Positions 55,052 to 64,000 of a stretch of DNA of 64,000 nt are shown here, in pieces. The number at the start of each line of letters is the position of its first letter. Position 1 is the stretch's first letter. The notes under the pieces are model-generated. The model ran no database searches, was not told where the DNA came from, and saw nothing but the letters and a program-made list of their open reading frames with translations. The DNA is from Octopus sinensis (Eukaryota): assembly GCF_006345805.1 (NCBI RefSeq), contig NC_042997.1, positions 125,054,001 through 125,118,000 on the forward strand, written 5' to 3'. The position numbers were made by a program, and so were the translations under genes.

Positions 55052-55604
55052 GAGTGAGAGAGCAGTGCATGCCATCAAAGTGACACTGGGGTAAAATATA
55101 CGAAGCCCAATATACCCATCATGACTACTCGTCTGATAAAGGTACACCAGGCACATGCATCACAACCATATGTACGCGACATGGTGATCTCATATCAAGA
55201 AACAGCACATGACCTTGCAGGTGGGGCCCAGTTAGAATTTTCTCTTCAGGTTGAGTAGCCCATCCCGCTCAAAAGGTCCCTGAATAAGGGTTGTTTAAGG
55301 ATGTTGAAAGAACCACCATGTTTCCAGAGGTGAATTATTCAAACCCCAAAGAATCCCTCTCAACACATGGCTATGATGCTCCCCCACTACTTCTGCTCGT
55401 GGTCAGAGATGCACATATCGTCAGCCACTAAGGGACATGCTCAACTGGTTAAGGTCAAACAACTGACAAGCAAATATGTGGTATTGAGCAGAATATTTGC
55501 TGTAGCCCATCATTTATACCAAGACAAAACAATGTACATGATAACACTTCCAATTAGTTAAGATCAGAAGCCATGAAAGCCACTGTCTGGTACTGCATCA
55601 GGGC

Positions 55605-55606
<2 letters not shown>
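55052..55606. mobile_element. Second copy of the (TAT)n-flanked non-coding repeat
   Basis: Matches 6099-6605, with about 40 extra bp. Confidence 0.85.
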
Positions 55607-55674
<68 letters not shown>

Positions 55675-55679
55675 ACGGT

Positions 55680-55860
55680 GAAAAACACCGGACAAAATGC
55701 TTAGCGGCATTTCTTCTGGTTTTACGGTTTGAGCTCAAATTTCGCTGAGATCGTCTCTACCTTTCATCCTTTCGATTAAATAAGTACCAGATTAGCAATG
55801 CGATCGATGTATTCGACTAGCATCCTCCCACCAAATTTCGGGCCTTGTAGCTATAATAGG
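55680..55860 (+). mobile_element. Type-M SINE, diverged
   Basis: aaatgcttagcggcattt..ctttcatcctttcgattaaataagtaccag. Confidence 0.75.
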
Positions 55861-57105
55861 AAAAAATATGTAGGCCACAGGGAAATAGGAAGGACAGGGT
55901 CCAGAATGCTATATCTCTAAACCAGTTATATATTTGGGTTGTGTCGAATCACAAATCTGTGTCAATGTAGGTTGTCTTCTTTTTGATTTTTGTTTCTTAT
56001 TTCCTCTTATTTTTGCTTATTTTCTTCCTGTATCTTTTTTCTTCTTTTTCATTATTTATCTTCTTTTTCTCCTCTTTTGTCTTTTTCTTCCTTCTCTTCT
56101 CTTTTTTCTTTTTTCCATACTTTTCCTTTTCTTCTCTTTTTATCTTTTCCTACTTCAATGAATTTCAGTATTTTTTGTGTGCGCGAACGTATGTGTGTAT
56201 GTATGTGCTTGTTTGTTGCTATCGTGATTCGTCTGGCAGAACAATTGTAAATATCTTGTTTAGCGACTATTGTTCGTTCACAGAGAGTTGAAAGCATTTC
56301 GTTAGAAAACAATAACGTACAGCTATACACATGAGGAAACTGTCAATAATTTGACACATTCAGCTGCCACTTTCAATAAGATTCCAGAAAAATTTCTTCA
56401 CATAAAAAAGAACGTGGTTTATTAAACCACTTGTTTGCTCTTATTCTTGTTCTTGTGCTTGTTAATGCTGTTGTTTGAATAAATATAAATCTCTTGAAAT
56501 CATTAGAAGAATTAAATGTATTTCCTTGTCTTCTTCAGTCACGTGACAGAATTATTTTGTTCTGCCATTGAAAACATTTTCGCCAAAGGAATTATCTTCC
56601 CTTCTTTGTTGTAACTATTGTTGTTGTATTTGCTTCTGTGGTTGTATTTGCTTATTTTGTTGTTGCCTTATTACAATAGTTAAATTTATTGACAGTTAAG
56701 ACTTGGCTGTTTCTTTGATCAGACACAGAGTCAACAAGAATAAATATCTCAGAATACATTTTTATTTACATTTACATTTTTTTTATTTTATCCAAAGGTT
56801 GTGATCAATATAAAATGTTATTTCTATACTTCTAAATTTTTCGTTTGTCGTCAAAGTACTATATATATCTTCCAATGTACCTGTAATACCTATCTCCTCA
56901 TATATATACATGTGTATGTGGTGTCTGTACAGATGTTTATAGACGTGTAACATTATATCAAAAGCTGTTACTATTTCTATTCCATTATTTGTGTTTTATC
57001 ATTTGTACGTGTATGTATGTAGGTTTGTGGGGAGATATTGGTCATTTTTATTTTATAATTTGAATGCAGGACAATTAAAATGCTATAAAGAATATTTCTG
57101 AATAG

Positions 57106-57459
57106 GACTTCTGTCTGAGAAACGCCCAGATATTTCGAATGTATTATTCTCGGTTCACAAAATATAAACCTACCTACGATCTATTATAATATCCTCCGAC
57201 ATACAGTTCGACGCAATTCATAGGTTTCTGATATATTTGTTGTCAATCGACCGTAAAATGTGTCCTGCGACAGAACAAGCAAAATTACAATCTCAAATGA
57301 AAAATATAATTCAATTATTTCAAAACTACAAGGATCGATTTCACATTAAATTTGTAAAAAAAAAAAAAAGTATGAATCACAGAAAAAATCAATTCCTCAA
57401 ACTAAGAATGACGATGGTTATGATGTCGATGAAAGTAATGTGGGGAAAACAACTGAGAG
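57106..57459 (+). pseudogene. Candidate exon of the same gene, with an in-frame TAA (57165-57167) and a probable frameshift in a 14-A run
   Basis: Phase-1 start joins exon 35786 (..ASQL-GLLSEKRPDISNVLFSVHKI*TYLRSIIISSDIQFDAIHRFLIYLLSIDRKMCPATEQAKLQSQMKNIIQLFQNYKDRF..); AG|GTAGGA donor. Confidence 0.45.
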
Positions 57460-57525
57460 GTAGGAAATTGGTATCCTGGCACTAATGTTAGGTTTCCTTC
57501 ACTATCGAGATACTTAGAAAAGTAA

Positions 57526-57762
57526 ATACCTATTTCTTTACTACCCACAAGGGGCTAAACGCAGAGAGGACAAACAAGGACAGACAAACGGATTAAGTCG
57601 ATTATATCGACCCCAGAATGTAACTGGTACTTATTTAATCGACCCCGAAAGGATGAAAGGCAAAGACGACCTCGGCAGAATTTGAACTCAGAACATAGTG
57701 GCAGACGAAATACTGCTAAGCATTTAGCCCGGCGTGCTAACGTTTCTGCCAGCTCATCGCCT
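57526..57762 (-). mobile_element. Type-M SINE, full length
   Basis: Matches 32084-32313. Confidence 0.9.
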
Positions 57763-57810
57763 TAAGAGAAGTAACTACTACCTTGGTGTGACTTGAAACC
57801 ATAGCTGGTG

Positions 57811-58325
57811 TGGAGGCGCAATGGCCCAGTGGTTAGGGCAGCGGACTCGCGGTCGTAAGAACGCGGTTTCGATTCCCAGACCGGGCATTGTGAGCGTTTA
57901 GTAAGCAAAAACACCTAAGCTCCACGACTCTCTGCCGGTGGGGATTAACCCCGCTGTACTCTTTCACCACAACTTTTTCTCACTCTTTCTTCCTACTTCT
58001 GCCACAAAGCAGAGGAACCATGGTGTAACCCACTATGGTGTGGTAAACCTTCAGACACTAGTCTAGATTGCGAATCCTCTGTACCCCAGGATGGTTCAGC
58101 TCTCCACCCGTTAAAAGCCACCCTTTACAGAATGAGGATAACAACGTAGCTTTCTCGCCCGTACAACAGCCAGTCTATCGCGTGTGGTGGGTAGATCTTC
58201 AAGTTGCTACACGCATTCTTAGTAGCTTAGAGTAGGCTCGAATTAGGGATTATTCTTTGTGGCTCATGGCATGATTCCTGATTGGAAGAAGAAGAAGAAG
58301 AAGAAGAAGAAGAAGAAGAAGAAGA
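57811..58325 (+). mobile_element. Type-R SINE, full length, (GAA)n tail
   Basis: tRNA-like head ggaggcgcaatggcccagtggttagggcagcggactcgcgg..gtttcgattccc. Confidence 0.9.
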
Positions 58326-59379
58326 CCACCGCTGGTGTAACTCACTTGCTCTATGTAGGTACCACACTCACTATATCTCATATTCATAGCGGTTGAAGTC
58401 ATCTAGGTTTTTAGAGCTAGTATTTATCAGAATAGATGAAGCTACCAGATTGTAAAAGGGCGCTATACTTAATGTGTATGAACATTTGTGACTAACTGTA
58501 AGGTTGTGCCATATTTAATATAACTCACAATGTTTGAGACTACTAGGCAACAATTAGGTACCATAGCTAGTATATCTCATAACAGTTGATTCTAACATGA
58601 TTTTCTATCGTTCGTGCATTTTCCGAGTTGCTCACCTTTTATTATATTCCCTCCTACTTACGGAGTCTAATTTCATTTGGTCTTATTTATTCTTCATTGT
58701 TCCTCTTGAACTTCAAATGTTTTACATTTCTAGTGATTTGAATACCCCAACAGAGAGATAATACTCACAGATTCGAGAGGAAGGCGGAAGAACAAATTGT
58801 ATGACCAAAAAAAGTTCAACAAAATGAACGTTAACGGAAACTTCTTCAAGCTCCAATAGTCACGGACTCCTTGCGACTGATTCCTGGTGTGAAACAGCCA
58901 AACTTATCGCTTCCGAAAAGGGTCTCTTTTTGATTGTGATAAGCAGTACAGATAGATCAGGACAGCGACTTCATCCTTTGAAATACAGGGTCTCGCCTTT
59001 CAGATTTATTGATCTTTCATAGAGTACGTGGCAGGATATCTATTTTCAAAAGGTGGAATTAGTTCAGTGCTCATACTTAACGAGAAATACCAGCACATTC
59101 TTTGAAGAAGTATGATTTCATTTTTCTCAGGTTCAGTTAGGCTGATGTTTGGTTTCTATCAAGTCAAGTTTCAAATTTCTGCAAACCACAAAGAAATTGT
59201 AGACAATTCTTAACGATTGTTTATGCATTGAGTTTTGCATTGACGAGGGAAAACCGGCATTTCCTCAAACAGAAAAATTAGAAATTCTTACTCGAGTTCC
59301 TGTTCACAGTCATTGTATATAGAAATATGTGTGTCTATGTCTGCATGTGTGTGTATGCCAGTATGCATATGTATATTTG

Positions 59380-59390
59380 TATGTAGGGAT

Positions 59391-59456
<66 letters not shown>

Positions 59457-59603
59457 AGATACGCGTATGTAAGGGTATGCGTGTGAGTGTGTGTATGTGT
59501 GAGTGTGCATGTATTACATATACATACGAATATATATGTATATATATACAATACATCAATGTATATACATTTGCGTATGGCATTATATAATAAAAGTGTG
59601 CAT

Positions 59604-59645
<42 letters not shown>

Positions 59646-59806
59646 GGTGTGTATGTATGTGAGTGTATTATATATATATGTATGTATGTATGTATGTATA
59701 TATGTATGTATTTATATGCATATCTGGATCTATTACATATGTAAGGTAACTATATATATATATATGCGTGTGTGCATATATATATACATATATATATATA
59801 TGTATG

Positions 59807-59874
<68 letters not shown>

Positions 59875-59883
59875 TTTATGTGC

Positions 59884-59925
<42 letters not shown>

Positions 59926-59926
59926 C

Positions 59927-59991
<65 letters not shown>

Positions 59992-60025
59992 ATACATATA
60001 TATATATACATAGATATATATATAC

Positions 60026-60095
<70 letters not shown>

Positions 60096-60114
60096 TACAT
60101 ATATATATATATAT

Positions 60115-60188
<74 letters not shown>

Positions 60189-60190
60189 TC
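59380..60190. repeat. Very long (TA)n-rich tract
   Basis: Direct reading of the sequence. Confidence 0.95.
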
Positions 60191-61069
60191 TTTTTACACA
60201 CTAATAAGCAGAAACCCGTATACATATACATATCCACTAAATGATATATTGGTATTTCATGACTCATTTCCTCTCTTGCTTTTCTTACCACCATCTTCAT
60301 TTTTTTCAGTCTTTCTTTTTTTTTTTCCTGAGATTCTACCTCTCACATCAAACATTCGACATTTATGTCCAAAGTAATAACATTTTCCATCTAACCGACT
60401 TTGACAGCAATATGTTCCCTGTCACCTCTAGAAACCTTACCTGTTTCTAAGTCCATCTTGTATATCCAGTAATAGCTAAAAGGATCTTTTATATTTTCTT
60501 TTTTCCATCTCTTTTGCTTTGTCTGATATTTTCTGCGTATGAACTTCTAATCTCGTTTGATTCGTTACAGAAACCTCTGAATAAAATACTTAACCATTTG
60601 CATTTTATATTTGAAACATTCTTATTTGCATTGTATATGTAGTAAATGTCAGTAACTACTATTAAATCTAGTTTCGTGTCTCGAAATGGAGAGATACAGT
60701 AAGTAACGCGCCGGCCATTTTCATCTCTTATCTCTGATGTTACGATGTGTTGGGAAATTGTACATGTTGAAGTATATCTTTATATAATAAAGATAAATTG
60801 AATTATATTGAAGTACTGTAAGGGTTTCCAAGCTCGATTAGCTATTTTAGAGAAACAACCTCAAACTAACTCCATTGTAATACTGGTAATTCCATTATGA
60901 ACTCTGCAAAACTGAAGAGCGACAGTTCGCTTCGGTGATCATAGACGAAAACAAAGAGATATCGAACTAGTTCCGGTTAACTTTTTAGTCTGTCACTCCG
61001 CTTAATCATATGGATAATTAATTTAGATCCGTTTAATTGATTGATGCTGCCGACATTCTAATATTACAT

Positions 61070-61270
61070 ATATCTTTTATCTCTTATCTGCTTCAGTCAT
61101 CAGACTGTAGGCAAGCAGGGGCACCGCCTTGAAGAATTTCTAGTTGAATGAATCGACTCCAGAACTTATTACTTATTCTATTGTTGCTCTTTGCCGAACC
61201 GCTAAATTAAAAGGGCGTAAAACACCAACACCAGTTGTCATGCGATGGTGGGGAACATGCACACACACAC
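61070..61270 (-). mobile_element. Type-C SINE 3' part, decayed
   Basis: cttcagtcatcagactg..ttgccgaaccgctaa. Confidence 0.7.
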
Positions 61271-61311
61271 ACAAACACACTCTCACACACATAATACCTG
61301 CATACATTATC

Positions 61312-61815
61312 AACATCATCATCATCGTTTAATGTCTGCTTTCCATGCTAGCATGGGTTGGACGATTTGACTGAGGACTGGCGAACCAGATGACTGCACA
61401 AGGCTCTAATCTGATCTGGCAGGGTTTCTACAGCTTGATGCCCTTCCTAATGCCAACCACTCCAAGACTGTAGTGGGTGCTGTTACCTGCCACCGGCACG
61501 AGGGCCAGTCAGGCGGTACTGGTAACGGCCACGCTCAATTAGTGTTTTTTTACGTGCCAACCACACAGGAGCCAGTCCAGCAGAAACTGGCAACAACCTC
61601 ACTCGAATGTTTTTTCACGTGCCACCGGCACAAGTGCCAGTAAGATGACGCTGGTAAGGATCACGCTCGGTCGTTACCAGTCAGCTGCTCTGGCAACGAT
61701 TTTAGTGCTCCACTAGCACGGATGCTAGTCATCGAATTGATTTCGATTTGGATTTCACTTGCCTCAACAGGTCTTCGCAAGCAGTGTTTAGTGTCTAGTG
61801 AAGGAAAGGTACGCA
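61312..61815 (-). mobile_element. Interspersed repeat with RTE-like 3' end and (GAT)n tail, with internal repeats tttttacgtgccaccggcac
   Basis: ggttggcattaggaagggcatc motif near the tail; repeated internal units. Confidence 0.65.
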
Positions 61816-62717
61816 GACGAAACAATTGAAACTATATTTCAGTAGTTATACATTTGATTCATTTATGTTAGCATCAGTCACATATGTGTGAAGCAGAGGT
61901 GAGCACAGCATGTACATTTTTTTTCATCTATCAGATACTGGTCATGCTGGAGTTACATCTGGTTTTACTCATTTAAATAAAATAAAACCAAATTTGGTAA
62001 AGGAGATTTGTCATGGATTCCGTATGGCAAATTTCACTCACGTGTCTTCAACCGATTCGAAGTTTGCTCAAAGCCAAGGGGCTGCATAAAGTTGGATTGA
62101 ACGCAGAACCCCATAGCTCAGAACGAACTTGTTAACGATACAACCATGTCTGAGTATATATTATATATTATGTTATATCAACACCTTAGCATCCAAAATT
62201 TAAATCTCTCCCTAAGTCACAAACAAGAAACGCTAGCAGGTTACCAACTGACTAATACAGATTCCTTCACAATTTTATACTAGTGAAAAAAAAATGGTTG
62301 AATTCTATGATAATATATGCTGTTTTTGCAGATGTTCTTTGAACTAAATGCAACAATAATCCATTCTATATAAATGGTACTTCATACGCATTCTATTCAA
62401 AATTTGGCTTAATCGGATTATGTAATTCTTCAGAATAGCTTCAATCTGATGGAAAAATTTTCACAGATGTACATCACACTTACTGAATATTTTGTTTTCC
62501 TCACAGCATGATTGTATAGGCTATAGATTTATATATATATATATATATAATATATATAATGACATGTCTGTATATTTGAGTAACTGTGAGTGGGTAAGCG
62601 CTTTTGGGTAGATTTATATATATGGGAAGGCAGACAGATAGATAAATAGATAGATAGATAGGTAGATAGATAGATATGTAGATCACTCGCGCTCTCTCAA
62701 TCTCTCTCTCTTTCTCT

Positions 62718-62796
<79 letters not shown>

Positions 62797-62798
<2 letters not shown>

Positions 62799-62990
62799 CT
62801 GTTATATAAAATTCGTTCTGTTTGTGTGTGTGTGGCTTATAGGATCTCGAGCATCCTCCATCCGATTGCGCTCAAATTTGATATGTAAATACCGGCGGTA
62901 TCAGGGCGTGTATAAGTCTTGAAAACATTACAAAAATCGATTCCAGGTGAGAAGGCGATCGATAAAGCCGTGGGAAATCGTTTTTCTTTG
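62797..62990 (+). mobile_element. Possible Helitron-like 5' fragment
   Basis: A|TC tgttatataaaa start and a ccgattgcgctcaaatttg motif similar to the Helitrons above; no CTAG end found. Confidence 0.35.
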
Positions 62991-63069
62991 GAATAGAAAA
63001 AAAGTCTATCTTTATTTCTTCTTTTGCTGGTGTCTCAAATTTAGGTTAAATCAGTGTTTCTCAAAGGGG

Positions 63070-63720
63070 GACGGGCTATGGAATAGTCGGACAAGTTACT
63101 GTGAGAAAATTTGGTTTAAATGTTTGACAACTCAGCATCATCCATTAAACGGGGGGGGGGCGTTTTGCCAGAATCTGGTACATGCATTTCCTTCTGTGGT
63201 CCTGAGATCTTCTAAACGTCTTTGATTTTGGCCACCAGCTCTGCTTTGGTGTTTCAAGCAGAGCGGTTGGTATCTTTCTCAACTGCACCCACGAATAGTA
63301 ATCCATGATATTACAATCAGTAGAATTTGGGGCCTAGAAATCGGGGGTGGTGAAGGTGTAGAAAATCTCCGGTGACCTATTCTTGCTCTTTCCGGAAGTA
63401 TGACAAGGAAATAAAGTCATGCGGCCATACATATGGTATTGACCGTAGTCTCTATCAATTACACATAGCCGTCTGAATTGGGCCTAAGGCCCATTCCAAG
63501 ATGTAGGGCACCAAAACATCACTTTCAAAAGAGAGACATCCTAAAGCTATCACGATCCTGTTTGTAGTCTTTGTATGTCACATCTTACAGCCTTTATAGT
63601 ATTCACAGAACATTGCGCAGCAGTCACGATAACGCCATTTTGATACCCGGAGCGATTCTTTATGATACTATTAACTCTTCTCCAATATTCGGAAGGCTCC
63701 CAGTTCTACATGCCTCATCT
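63070..63720 (-). mobile_element. Decayed Tc1/mariner transposase remnant
   Basis: NSDGYV..ETTV, YVWPHD..PCHTSGKS, PNSTDCNIMDYYSW and AVEKDTNRSA..TKAELVAKIKDV match the QQD.AP.H and WPP.SPD.NP.D motifs. Confidence 0.75.
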
Positions 63721-64000
63721 CCAACCTAAGTATTTACACTCGGCACGCCGTTGCCGTTGCCGGTTCATCAATACTTTATACTGAGTTATGTTCCATGTTG
63801 TAGCTAACCGCATCGGTTAGTATTTCATGTCTATGGCTATTATTAGCTGTCACTCACTTTGTAAATTCTTCTGATGAGTAATCCCGTGTTCGCTTCTCTG
63901 GGTGATAACATTATCTGGAATGTACATTAGTAATAATTATAATGATATAGAATATGGAGACTTGTTCGTCCACAAACTTGTTTCCTCTCAATTAATATTC

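Noticed and set aside
60911-60935. CTGAAGA-GCGA-CAGT-TCGC as a hammerhead
   Set aside because: Stem II is not followed by GAAA.
63871-63915. CTGATGAG motif near the window end
   Set aside because: No GAAA or stem III.

Overview
This is AT-rich, microsatellite-dense animal genomic DNA. The SINE families look like those of Octopus or another coleoid cephalopod (inference from pattern recall, no database check). It is not prokaryotic: I see no operons, rRNA, bona fide tRNA genes or CRISPR arrays, and most ORFs in the track are microsatellite read-through or antisense LINE shadows. Supported content: (1) about 11 copies or fragments of R4/Dong-clade non-LTR retrotransposons (RT + CCHC + restriction-like endonuclease), including a full-length 4.0-kb copy with several lesions (18063-22092, minus strand); the best-preserved copies have their 5' junctions in (TAA)n tracts; (2) many tRNA-derived SINEs of at least four types, including a head-to-tail array; (3) two non-autonomous Helitrons, a decayed Tc1/mariner transposase and Penelope-like remnants; (4) a chain of phase-compatible candidate exons of an unidentified plus-strand gene, possibly decaying. 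The most interesting signal is a set of small, mutually unrelated elements with hammerhead-ribozyme motifs and Penelope-style inverted-tail architecture. These are a complete type I hammerhead (44610-44702, minus), a tRNA-headed SINE-like element ending in a near-canonical hammerhead (9906-10266), a perfect 53-bp palindrome containing the 3' half of a hammerhead (47424-47537), and two weaker cases. Coordinates were counted by hand and may be off by a few bases, more for decayed elements.
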